In this document: piece after piece, positions 1 to 11,760 of the stretch | How positions within the stretch are numbered: the first letter of the stretch is position 1 | Layout of the letters: each line of letters begins with the position of its first letter | Source of the DNA: Anthoceros angustus | Taxonomy: Eukaryota; Plantae; Anthocerotophyta | Length of the DNA stretch: 64,000 nt | Assembly (NCBI GenBank): GCA_010909165.1 | Contig: VJWM01000223.1 | Location: 186,001-250,000, forward strand | Direction: 5' to 3' | Program-made: the position numbers and the translations under genes | Notes under the pieces: model-generated | What the model was told of the DNA's origin: nothing | Databases searched by the model: none | What the model saw: only the letters and a program-made list of their open reading frames with translations

Positions 1-2164
1 CAAACCGGCGGGATGGCGCAGATTGTAACCTCTTTCAAAACCATCAGTTCCCGCCTCCTCCGCCGCACCGTGCCGCCGGACAAAAGACCACCCGTTCGCA
101 CTTGACTCCTGCCCGCGCCATGTGACCGAAATCACAAGCAATAGGGAAACTTGTTCCCTTGGACTCCATCTCGACATGGCAGGCCAAAACCGCCAGTCCC
201 TTCCTCCGCCTCTCCCGCTGACAGCCGACGATGTTTTCAATTGCTGGAAATGCTGGTAATAGTTTATGAGACGGCAATTTATTGCCGGCACATCGTTACA
301 TGCAGAGCGACAAAACCACGGGACTCGCCACATTGATCGCCTGTTAGACTGCACTTCAGCCGTTATCCATTCATGTTTTCACGCATGCCACCCGATCTCA
401 TTCCAATTGCATGGCTGACGCAATTGTTGACAAGTGTTACACGTTTCCTTTACTCCTCTTCGTTACAACCGGCTTTGCAACGCGTGCCAGCGAAGGCAAG
501 TTTCATACATGAATCTGTTCGTTCACACGGCAATCGCAAAAAAACGTCTGCCATACACGCCGTCCAAGGCACGTGGAGGTTTTTGAAGGCGAGTTTCTTG
601 TGCACACTTCATGTCAGAAACTTGGTGTGTGATGTATGCACTACCTCTAGGTGGAGGAATGTCTTGTACCGTGGTACTGAATGTGCACAGCTGTTTTGCA
701 AAGACGCACAATTCATTGAGCGCTCCCACTACCTAGCAACCATTGCAACGTTGTTTGTCGTGGATGCCAAAAATTGGTATCCCAAGACGCTGGTCGATCG
801 CACGCGGTACGCGCAGTCCGCGTAGTCGCTGCACATCGTCACGCGGTCCATGTCCTCTTTCGCACACCGGCGTCAAATCTTTTGCCCACCAGTTAGAATT
901 ACACGACTCACCTTAGCATGGTCAGGGGCAAGGACATAGCGACTTACATGTCGTGGCGTGACGGTGTCCAGCGATCCCGCGCCTTTATTGCCAGCGCGCT
1001 CCATTTCCTGCCTGCCATACGACCATGTACGTCGTATACATACATATGGAATGCCCGTGGGGCGTACACGACGGACGCCATCGATGTGAACCACACACTT
1101 CAAAAAGCGCGTACAAGCGGGAGCGGAAATCCGGTTCCCTGACACTGGCGCTTCGTGTGGAGCCCGCAACTTCAGTGCACTCTTTAAAGCGAGACGAACC
1201 TGAATATTGTATTATAAGGGGCAGCTGCGAAAAGACGGGGAGGGCGGGTGATGGGAACACAATGCACCCGCCCGGGAAGGGAATAGTGTTATATGCAGGT
1301 GTAACAAAGGCAGGCTTGTATGCAAAGCCTATGCACGAAGCAAAAAATATAACGTTCTACAGGGCCGTAACAAGAACTGTGTCAAAAACCCATAACATGG
1401 GCACCATGTTTCTACTAGTGTGTGCTCACAGGATCTTATTGACTTCTGACCGTGTGTGAGTGAGGAGAATATATAACTTCAGTGGGTGTATGGCCACCAT
1501 TAAGCCTACAGTAATCTTGAGCTTGTGGAGGAGTGTTATGCTAGCCTCCACAAGACCCTAATTTTGATTAAATCTAAGTGTCAAGGAAATCTAATCAAAG
1601 TCTCTAGACATCGTTTGCTTACATCTTTTAGTCCAGTGCAAGTTGAGTTCATAGTATTAGCACTTCAACATATTTCTAATTTAAGTGTTAGTCCAATTAC
1701 TCTCATTTCTTCTTCTTCTCCTAATACTCTGCGACATGGCATCAGTGGAAGGTGCGACACTTTCAGCAGACCTACTTGATCCCAGAGGCGCACAAGGGCG
1801 GGATCATTCCATCCGCGCAATTCTCAATAAGTCAGATTCCGGAAGCGGTCATGGAAATGTTCTTATGACCTAAGAAAGAAGTTTGGTCTCATGGGAACGG
1901 CTGGAGGGTGTCCATGTTTAAGGAGCCCAAGTAGAACCTCTTTGTTAAGATATGGCTAGGACTTATTTGTGGGCCCGGAGGACCTACTTGGGGAACTCTC
2001 ACCTCATGATGATTTACGGGATGTCCAAGGATGTTGGTAAATTGGGGTGGCGAGCAGGCCGTGGGCTCATAGGAACCACTTGACATCGGACGAGGCCAAG
2101 ATCAGCTTCGCTTCTACCTACCTGGTTCATTTGTATCACATGGAGGAGGTTCTTAAAGCTGATT

Positions 2165-2517
2165 ATGGGGGAATGGCTGCGGACTTCGATTAATTTCTTA
2201 AATCCTATGCCCAATCCTACCACGCTCGCAAGCATGGTGCTGGGTTGTCCCTTTCTTATTTCACAGCTTGCTTCAGACAGCGAGTCTCCATTGCCCTCCA
2301 AAGGGCCCTCTCGACGACAATCCTTCACAAGGCGGCGACGGCAGGTGACGCTTCTTCCTCTTCCTCCGTCATTTGCAAGCCATTTTTTCTTCTTGCATAT
2401 GATGTTCTAGGTGTAGTAGGTAACTTTAGGTAAGGAGCTTAGTCGCTCTTTTTTACCTTCACCCCCAAGGTCTCCTATTGAATGGGTTTTTTCCCATCGT
2501 TTTTCCCTCAATAAAAC
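2165..2517 (+). mobile_element. 3'-terminal fragment of a CRE-like (RLE) non-LTR retrotransposon
   Basis: Encodes GMAADFD*FLKSYAQSYHARKHGAGLSLSYFTACFRQRVSIALQRALSTTIL, the C-terminal motif of CRE/SLACS-type ORFs, followed by a 3' UTR. It is homologous to the reverse complement of about 57503-57870. Confidence 0.75.
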
Positions 2518-2662
2518 ACAATTTATTATATTACTAGGTACTCCCTCTTATACATTAAATCTATTTTTATTTCAAACTACATAGATTTTTATTTATTTAT
2601 TTAAACTCATGCAAACATACATAAGTAGCTCCCTTATTCCATGCACAAATCTAAATGATGAT

Positions 2663-2711
2663 GAAGAAGAATTTTATTGAAGTCCATTAATGACGGATTT
2701 CCGTCATGGGA
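2663..2711 (-). repeat. Short copy (3' end) of the dispersed (CTT)n-tailed family
   Basis: Reverse complement matches 41960-42008. Contains the perfect hairpin ATGACGGA-TT-TCCGTCAT. Confidence 0.7.
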
Positions 2712-2985
2712 TTGAAATATGATAACTACATAGATTGTGATAAAATAGTCTGGACTAATATATAGGTAAAATTTAAATAAGACAAATAATCTTCAATCAA
2801 TCAACAATGTCAGTGAAATTACATGAACGAGGGCCAAACACCACCAATTCATCCCCACGAAAGAAAGCCACTTAAATCGGTACCATCTTATGCATTGGGT
2901 CATGACTACTTTATGCATGTAAGTTATACACATCTTCATAAACATGGTGTGGAATGTGAAATGTGGTCAAGGTTTTTGTGGGTCG

Positions 2986-3180
2986 AATGACTTAGGCCAA
3001 ATGAACATACATTTATAAGAACGCTGCTGTGAAACATCATGCACTTAGATCCATACTTAGATGAGGTGCCGAAGAAGAAGATAATACCCTCAAAGGCACA
3101 CCCTGGTACAAGTTATTAAGCACGAAATGCCATAGGAGGAACGATTTCGTCCAAGTGGACTATAATGGACTTCTTTTCTC
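2986..3180 (+). repeat. Diverged copy of the dispersed (CTT)n-tailed family
   Basis: aatgacttaggccaaatgaacatacatttataagaa...cttagat...ggtacaagtt...agtggact aligns collinearly with 41803-42005. Confidence 0.7.
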
Positions 3181-3286
3181 ATTGAGACACATATTAGGTA
3201 GGTACCCACATCTAAAGTTGTGGTTTGATGCTGTGGTTCGAAAGATGCTATGGTCTAAACATGTTTGATTCCTTAGCTAGATAAGT

Positions 3287-3328
3287 AGAAGAAGAAGAAG
3301 AAGAAGTTTCTGGCCTAAGCCATTTGGA
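3287..3328 (-). repeat. (GAA)n tract joined to the tccaaatggcttaggcca motif
   Basis: The minus strand reads tccaaatggcttaggccagaaa(ctt)n. The same motif starts the copy at 41799. Lies about 70 bp upstream of the SHPRH ATG. Confidence 0.55.
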
Positions 3329-3397
3329 ACACACATAGCTAGCTTGTAGGCAGCAGCTATAGGTGACTAACCGGGCGGGCAGGCGAGCAGGCAGGCC

Positions 3398-6300
3398 ATG
3401 TCGCGGCGAAAGCAGAAGAGGCCTGTGAGGGGCGGGGCCGAGGCGGATGCAGCTCTGCCTCTGGCTGTTGGGGAGCAACAGCAACATGCAGAGGTAGCCC
3501 AGGCGCGCACTCCCAAGCGTCGTCGGCGAGCGAGCGCGAGTGACATCCCCAGCCAAGCGCCCCGGCTCGTCTGGGCCTCGCAGGGCCCGAGGGAGGGGTG
3601 CATCGCCATCGCCGAAATCAGCTTGGCGCAAGTACAGAGCTGCGGGGATGAGGAGGCATGGGAGCCCCAGCCGCAGCCCCGCGGGTGCTGCCTGTGCGTC
3701 AGGTTCACGATCGTGGGCCAAGGGGCCGTCAAGATCGGCGGATACGAGGATATCTCCACCTGCCGATTGCTGGCCCAGATTGTGCGAGACCCTGTCCCGG
3801 GGTCCGACCCTCAGGTGCTGCTCACGGGCGCTCTGGACGGCCCTGACTCCGCTGTCTCGGCGCTCCTGCACCTCGTCCGGACCGAATTCGTGCGCCTGGA
3901 GGCACCGCCGGAGGCGCCCGGGAGAGTCCGGGTTCTGATCACGCGGAAAGCGCTGCGCGAATTGGGGGAGCGCGGGCGGGGCAGGGCGAATCACAGGGCG
4001 CTTCAATGCGTCGTGTCGTGGTTGAGGCCGGATTTGGCTCCGGCCGGGCGTGGGGATGGGGAGGCGGTCGTCAGGGACGGGGAGGGCGAGGGGGAGTTGG
4101 GTCTGGGGAACGACCGAAGCTTCGACCCTGCTGCGCTGTTTGATGCGATCAAGCCTTGTGGGTATGCGCGATGTTGTGTTCAAGAGTGGTGGGTTGTTCG
4201 CGTTTGTGTGTGTTCGGATGAAACAGAAAGAGGTTTTTTTATGGGTTGGCAGGAATGAGAAGGGGCTTGATGTGCAGCCACCGGAGCTGCTTGCTGAATT
4301 GAGGCCTTACCAGCGGAGGGCGGCCTACTGGATGGTGCAGCGTGAGCTGGGGCCGGATTTGGAGGACTCGGACGCAGGTGCCGGGGCTGAGGAGAGCAGA
4401 GCGGAGCATGGGAGGGTGCCTGGCTGTCCGCTCTGGTTTTCAGGGAGTGCTGTAGACGGGTCGTCGCGGTTCTACTACAATCCGTATAGGCAAGAGGTTT
4501 CTGTCAGACTTCGTTGCGAAATGGGTTTTGCGTGTCGTTGGATGTGGAGTCATGTGGCGTCGTTTTGTGCAGTGGGTGTATATCGAGACAACCACAGAAT
4601 CGTTGCACGTATGTGCACGGTGGCATTCTTGCAGGTAGGGAGTGAGTTTCCGCAGGCAGGTGTTTTTGGTGGCAAGTTTGTTGGTCTGCGTGCTGAGTTT
4701 TGTTTGTGCTTCAGATGAAATGGGGTTGGGCAAAACGGTTGAGGTGCTGGCCTGCATTCTGGCCAATAAGAACGGCGACAGGAAAGTTGAAGCAGCAAAG
4801 GTCTCGGAGAGGAAGTTGAGAGCTGCGCTGAAGAAGAGAAAAGTGGAGCGGATCGAGTGTGCGTGTGGTGCCTCTGATGATAGCAGCAATCGGGACGGTT
4901 GTTGGGTGCAGTGTGACTTATGTGATGCCTGGCAGCACTCCTCCTGTGTCGGTTTCTCTCCCAGTGGACCCGCTGTGGACCAGAGCTCGCCAGTTGTTAG
5001 GCGGAGTCCTGAGAAATCGGTGAAAGTGGACAGGAGGTCTTCACGGGAAGTCCAGGGGGATGTTCTTCACAGGTCACCTCCGGCCGGAAGGCGAAAGTCT
5101 GGAAGGAAGAGACCTGTACCTGATAAGGACACACCAGTTCAGCTCACCAGTGGCGATTTTGTCTGTGGAATCTGTTCGGAGATGATTGGGAGCTCCGTTG
5201 TGGATGGCGAGTGTGGTGCCACCCTCATCGTGTGTCCTACACCCATTCTCCAACAGTGGCACGACGAAATTCTTCGGTGTGATCTCGAGTGATTTGCTCG
5301 TGTATGGAGATGTGTATTCACGAAAGGGAGAACCATGTGGTGCTGACGTTCTTGCTTTGCTACTGTGCTTTTATTGCTTAGGCATACAAAGGAGGGGGCT
5401 GTTAGGGTACTTGTATATGAAGGAGTACAGAGGGGTGGGTTTCTTTGGAATTGCAAGAAGAGCTTTCCAGGTGGACCTACTGAGGCTATAAAGATTGTTG
5501 CAGCGTACCACCTTGCTGCATCAGATATTGTACTCACGACATATGACACTTTGAGGTCTGACCTGAGTCATGATCTGGATCAAGCTGACCTTAACAAGTC
5601 TCGCCTGCGCCTTCAGAAGCGGTGGGTAGGGGCAACTGAGTGCCAAACGTGCTTTTTTGCCACCAGTTGAGCTTGCCTGACGACTTCTGTCATGCATGAC
5701 GATGGGTATGTTGTGACAGTGTGAGAGTTTACTGTCATCAGGTACCGTGTCATTCCCACACCATTGACACGGTTAAAATGGCGACGGATTTGCCTAGATG
5801 AAGCGCAAATGGTCGAAAGTGATACAGCTCGAGCTGCTGAGATGGCTTTGCGTTTAGATGCTGAATATCGGTGGTGTGTCAGTGGCACACCGCTGCAGAG
5901 GGGTCTTGATGATTTGTATGGTCTTCTGAAATTTCTCAGAGCTGAACCTTTGGATGATCATTTTTGGTGGACTCATGCCATCAAGCGTCCCTTCGAGGTC
6001 AGTTTATCGTGAGGTGCTTACGTGGCTATTCTTATATAGCTATCATCAATCCAATTTGATCTCCTCTTGACTATTTCATGATGTGGTTACTTACTGATCT
6101 CAGAGAACCGTGGCTTACGCCCGGCAGGAAGGGTGCTCTGAAGCTGCTGCATTTCTGTATGGCTTTATGCGAGGGCTTATGTGGCGTTCTTCTAAGGAAC
6201 AAGTGATGGACGAAATAGGCTTGCCATCTCAGGAGCATCAACTGACTTGGTTGAACTTCTCACCAATTGAGTCACACTTCTACAAACAGCAGCATGAAAA

Positions 6301-9300
6301 ATGTGCGCTGAAAGCAAGGGAGGTGCTAGTTAAGCATCAGAAAATGAGGCGCATCGAGGATGCAACTAGAATTATGCCAGAGGATCCGGCTGGTTCTAAT
6401 CTGGCAGGAGAGGGAGATCAAGGCAACCGAGATTCTACTCCCACGTTGCATGATAGCAGGCCTGGGTTGTCCACAACAGTAAAGCAGGAGCCCTTCACGG
6501 AAAGGCTTGTGAACCAGTCACAGGTTGCAAAACTCTTGAAGAAATTATTGCGTCTCCGGCAAGCTTGTTGCCACCCTCAAGTTGGGAAATCGGGGATCAG
6601 ACCAATCCATCAATCACCTATGACAATGGATGAGATTTTGCAGGTGTGGCTTCCCTCGTCAATGTCTGTTGCTCACAATACCAATGCCATCTTCTAGCAT
6701 ACTGGTGCTGACTGGGGAGGCTTAATTGTTGACATTATGGAGTTCAACGTTGTTGTGTCAGGTGCTAATTGACAAGGCAAAGTTGGAAGGGGAAGAATCT
6801 CAACGCAATTTACTTGCTGCATTGAATGGACTAGCTGCTCTGGCATTCATGGAGGGAAATCGTGTGCTTGCTGTCAGTATCTATCGAGAAGCCCTATCTG
6901 AAGGGGAGCATGCTGAGAGCTTCCGAGTTGATCCTCTTCAGAAACTCCATACGTTACACAACTTGGCTGACGTACTTAGAGAGTCTGATGTGGTTGCACA
7001 CGTAATAGGCCGTCCCACACAGTGCAATGTGGTCTCTGGCTGCAATGGCTTGAGTTCCCTGCAAGTCGTACCTAGGACACTGCGAGATAGTAAGCTAGAT
7101 GCTGAGATTGAGGAAATAAAAGTGAAGTACATGTCTCCTTTTAATCTGAAGCTTATCATGGCACGACAGGAATTGGAGATCTCCCAAAAGGAGGTAACGT
7201 GGAAACATTCTCCTTCTTGTAAAGATAATACCTTGGGGTCGATCTCTGGATTGGACCTGAAATTTTGTGAATTTTTTTGGGTTGGCAGGTACAAGAAGCA
7301 CAGCAAATATGTGAGGTTTCTGGTGCATATACTTGGTGGTTGGAAGTTATGTTGGATTCACGAAAAAGTACCGAGCTTATGTCAAAGATTCATGACCATC
7401 TGCTGTCTGATTTGGGGCACCACCGCTACAGGAATGCGTCAAGCCTAGCGCTAAGGTAAAGTCGCATCTTCCATTGTCTTGATAAGCATGCAGGGCTTTA
7501 TGCAGTGTACGTGCAAGGTGAACCTTGTGATAACATAAGAGGCTGAGCAGGCTGAAATGGAAGCTGCTTCTTCACATCTTCTCACTTGTTGTGAAGGTTT
7601 GAAGACATTTCTGGATTGAAGTACGTGCTGCAAGTGGAGCTGGATGCCATCCATAATGGTCGGTTGGAATCGCTGAAAAAACTTATTGAACTGGACAAGC
7701 GGGTGGACAATCCTTCTGCCTTTGATATTAAACGAGCAGGAAGTTGTTCTCGATGTCAAGTCAACAGCAGTGACACATTGTGCATCCACTGTGAAATGCT
7801 GCAGGAATTCTTCCAGGTGAAGCTAGCTTTCATTAATGCTGTAAGCTTGTGCATTCAAATTGTCTGCCTTGCTGAGAGACATGTTTTATTGCATTGTCAG
7901 GCATATGAGGCACACTTATTTCAAATAAATACACAAGCTTCAGATGCAGGAGTTGTTCTAGCTGAAGCTGCAGTTGTTGCACAAAATCGCGCTCTTGCAG
8001 ATAAGCGGTGGGATCCTGCCAATCTGTCTGGTGGGACAGCAGAGTTTGGCAGGACAAAGAGAGCAGAGGCTGCACGAGTTGTGGTAATGTCCTTGTGGCA
8101 TGTGCATGTGTCTTATGAAGCCATCTGTTAGGAATTGTTTTGCATAGTTAAGTATTGTCTGAAACATGCAAGTTTGCGTTTGTGTACCCACAATTGCTTT
8201 TGGATATTTGTACAGGTGTCACGGTCACCGTCAGAAACCGAGCAGATTTTGCAAATGATGAAGTCGTATGCAAAGGATCTTGGTTCAGGAAATGGACCAG
8301 CCCTGGCTGAAAAGCATCTTAATCTTCTAAAGGTAACAACCTTACGGTTTTGACATGTGGTTTGCTGTACTCAGTAAGACGTACTGTGTGAGATGAAACA
8401 GATATGATATTGGGACTATGTTTTTCAGGCCATGCGCAGGGAGTATGGAAAAGCAACTGCCTTGGCTGACTGTCAGCGTCAGGTGCTTGTTGCCCTAGAT
8501 GAGCTCAACATGGCAATCACACGGTATACACAAAGGGTCCCTGGTGATGAAGAGTCTGCTGATAAGTTACACCCAGAAGAAGTGCCTGCAAAAAATGCTC
8601 AGTTGACAGGTGATAAATTCACCGCCTTGCATGGATTATCGCGTGCACGTGGGCAGCACCGGTATCTGAAGGTATTCCCCTGTTGAAGATGTTTTGGATG
8701 AGTGGAGGGTTGAGGGCGGTCTTTGTTTTCAGACATCTTCTTTGTCCTTCAAGTAGTTAGAGTTGTTGGCTTGCCACACTGGGTCGTAGGGTTGATACAG
8801 ATGCTGATGTGGAGTAAGCTTGGATGCTGCCTTCTTACAGGGCTTAGCTTTGGCAAGGAGCCAAGCTACAGTAGCCGCCACTGCAGGTGAGCAAGTGGTA
8901 GGGAAAAAGGTCATGGAGGAGGATCCTTGTCCAGTGTGCCAGGAAAAGCTCGGTGACCAGCTGATGGTTCTCCCCTGTGGACACTTGTTTTGTTGCAAGT
9001 GTAAGCTCGTCCTCTCATCTCTGTTTGCTTTCCGTGGGGTGTTGTTTTGTGGGGTTTCCATCTCCTTACATGTCTGTAAACTGCTGCAGGTGTCATGCTG
9101 TTGGCTGACCGTGTCCCCCCTCCAGCTGGTGGGTCACCAATGAAGCGCATACATTGCCCTTCATGTCGTGCTCCAACTGTTTTTGGCGATATTGCTCTTG
9201 TGGACAGCCGAAAGAATGGCTTGGAAATACACAGTGATGGCCTCCAGGGAGGAGAGCCCCATGGGGACAGGTCTGTTGAGGTCAAAGGCTCGTTTGGAAC

Positions 9301-10183
9301 CAAGGTATGATCCCACCACTCATGTACTCGTGGGTTCCACTGGTTGCCGATGTATCGGTTCTTCTAATGAAGATCTGACATTTCAGATGGAAGCTGTGGT
9401 AAGGAGGATTTTGTGGCTCAAGCTTATTGACCCAAATTGCAAGGTGCTCGTATTTTCAACCTGGCACGAGGTGCTTGATTTACTAGAGCATGTCCTTGTT
9501 GCCAACGCTGTCACATTTGCGCGAGTAAAACCCGGACGCAGGTCCTTTCTGAACTCGTCGTGGTTGGACGCTTTGGTGCCCGAGAGATTTTTTAGGACAA
9601 GATCTTACTGGGTTGTTGTTGAACCGGCGGTGTGCAGATTGGATGCCGCGATCAGGAAATTCAAGGGCCATGAGCCAGTGCAAGTTCTACTGTTGCCCAT
9701 ACATCTGGGCGCGAATGGTCTCAACTTGATAGAAGCCCAACATGTGATCTTACTGGAGCCACTCCTGAACCCTGGAGTGGAGGCTCAAGCCATCAATCGG
9801 GTGCACCGCATCGGCCAACGCCAGAAAACCTACGTGCACCGGTTCATTGTAAGTTGCAGCAGCGATGGCCCCGTATTGCGAGTGTTGCTGTACTCTGCCA
9901 GGATGCTCATGCTGCTGTGAATTGGTAACAGGTACGAAATACGGTCGAGGAAAGCATATACTCGCTCGGAAGAAGCAAGGAGGAGATGGGGCACAGTGTG
10001 AGGGCAACTAGGGGCCAGAAAGCAGCTCTCACCGTTGGAGATGTGCAGGCGCTCTTCTCTCAAGATGTACAGATAGCAAGTGAGACTCCTATTGCAGGAG
10101 GTGAGGAGATGAGAGCACTCGCCGCTCTTGCAGCTGAAGCTAGAAGAGAACAAATATTACTGGATACCGGACAAGGTTTGTAA
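3398..10183 (+). CDS. SHPRH: E3 ubiquitin-protein ligase / SNF2 helicase SHPRH (multi-exon)
   Basis: SNF2 motifs (LRPYQRRAAYWM, GGILADEMGLGKT, TLIVCP, WRRICLDEAQMVES, RWCVSGTPLQ), a PHD finger (CACGA...WVQCDLCDAWQHSSCV), a RING finger (CPVCQE...LPCGHLFCCKC...CPSC) and helicase C-terminal motifs (KVLVFSTW, GANGLNLIEAQHV, QAINRVHRIGQ). Introns are GT-AG apart from one GC-AG. Stop at 10181-10183. Confidence 0.95.
4490..4572 (+). other. Non-canonical GC-AG intron in SHPRH
   Basis: Only the donor AG|gcaag with the acceptor tgcag|T restores the frame YYNPYSGCISRQ...GGILA. Confidence 0.75.
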
Positions 10184-10559
10184 TAATAAGACAACATCAC
10201 CTTGCCGATTGTCGAGATCAAAATTGTCAGTGAAGGTGGAGCCTCGTCGTCCCCAGGTCTGGAGCCTGGCAGTATGACTTATACACCATTGGAAATTTAC
10301 GTCTCGCAAAGTTTTGCGATACCTCCATTACTGTACACCCCCATTGGACTGAACGAGGCCTGCGTGGTTGAGGTGAAAGACAAACGTAACAGAAACGCAG
10401 CGGCCAGAAATCCATTTACCCTTAGTGATCGGGAGTGAGGTTGACGATGAACAGGAGATGCTTGAGACCCTCCGGCGACTTTGCTGCGATTTGGGATACC
10501 TTGCACGCGGATGTGTGTACGAGGCGCTCTAGAGGAAGCTCTTTCTCTCTTTGGAAAAC

Positions 10560-11010
10560 ATGCTAGGATTTGCTGTAAATATCAAGCTATTGCTCCTAAA
10601 GCAATACGGACCAAACCCTGATTGTAAGATCTCCAACATTTGTTCGATCATTGGTATCACCCCTTCATGTTGCATTCGTCTATACAACTGCAATGCATCT
10701 TCATCTACATCCTATCCGAGCATTTCCTACAATCATGGCAGTCGAAGCAACCATATCAAGTTGTACCATTTTCTCAAACACCTGCCTGGCAGTTTCTAAC
10801 CTCCCACATTTTGCATACGAGTCCATCAGCATAGTTCCTACAACTACATCTAACTCGAGCTGTTTTCTCCTGATATTTGCGTGGATGCTTGAGAAAGAAA
10901 GTATCCAGGCAACGCCTTCTCTCGGGCAAATTGTCACCACTTGCCCTCTGTATCAGCTCATTCAATGCTGCTGAAATACTTGCCTAGCATTCTCTATATC
11001 TCGACATCTC
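10560..11010 (-). pseudogene. PLS-class pentatricopeptide repeat (PPR) gene fragment
   Basis: Degenerate PPR motifs: AYARCRDIENARQVF, ELDVVVGTMLMDSYAKCGRLETARQVFEKMVQLDMVASTAMIVG, DEDALQLYRRMQHEGV. Interrupted by stops and frameshifts. Confidence 0.8.
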
Positions 11011-11215
11011 GCATACGCCCTCGAGCTCACCCTCAGATTTCCTCTGCTGAACATCTGCATGGATGGGGGCCACCGTTTCCAGGCATTGTTTCTTCAGCTC
11101 GGTAGGACTTCCCTTTTATGTTGGGGAACCAAGGCATGTTCAGTACGATCTCCTTCAGCATTGGCGGACAGATCTTGACATCACCCACGTTCCATTCAAG
11201 AGAGGCGAGATTCGA

Positions 11216-11626
11216 GTGCACCGTACAACCAACGACAGAAAACCTACGTGCAACGCTCCATTGTGAGTAGCAAGAACGGGCCCATATTGCGAGCGTTTCT
11301 GTACTTGGCCAGGATGCCCATGCTGCTGTGAATTGGTACGGGGTACATAATGCGAGAGAGTGTATACTGGGTCGGAAGAAGCAAGGAGGGAGACGGGACA
11401 CAGTGCGAGGGGAGCAGAAGGCAGCTCTCACCGATGGGGGTGTGCAGACCCTTTCCCTCAATATGTACAGATAACAAGTGACACTCACATGGCAGGAGGA
11501 GATGAGAGCACTAGCAACTCTTGCATCTGAAGCTAAACGAGAACAATTACAACTGGATACCGGCATAGTAAAAATAACAAGACAACGTTACCTTGCGGGT
11601 TGTTGAGATCAAAATTGTTAGCGAAG
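11216..11626 (+). pseudogene. Diverged direct duplicate of the SHPRH 3' end (penultimate exon end, last intron, last exon, start of 3' UTR)
   Basis: Collinear with 9801-10236, including the intron sequence (atgc[t/c]catgctgctgtgaattggta). Many substitutions and indels; the acceptor is damaged. Confidence 0.9.
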
Positions 11627-11760
11627 AAGTTCTCTTCACATCAAATACTGGAACGACAAGTTTGCCTTGTCGATTGTTCAGATCAGAATTTAAAACTGTC
11701 GGCGAAGGTCTCAAAAAGTGGCGCTCACATTGCATCTGCCTGATGGTAGCCGTGTGCTCC

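Noticed and set aside
1-280. Possible first exon of a minus-strand gene running off the window
   Set aside because: GC-rich with candidate ATGs, but no recognisable motif and cut by the window edge.
373-1460. Several 70-150 aa ORFs
   Set aside because: No domain motifs or consistent splice pattern; compatible with chance ORFs or decayed TE sequence.
1522-1554. 10-bp inverted repeat cttgtggagg/cctccacaag
   Set aside because: Could be a Helitron-type hairpin, but no matching 5' end or second copy supports it.
1880-2160. Possible retrotransposon gag remnant (LTSDEAKISFASTYL)
   Set aside because: A single short motif in a broken frame is too little to call.
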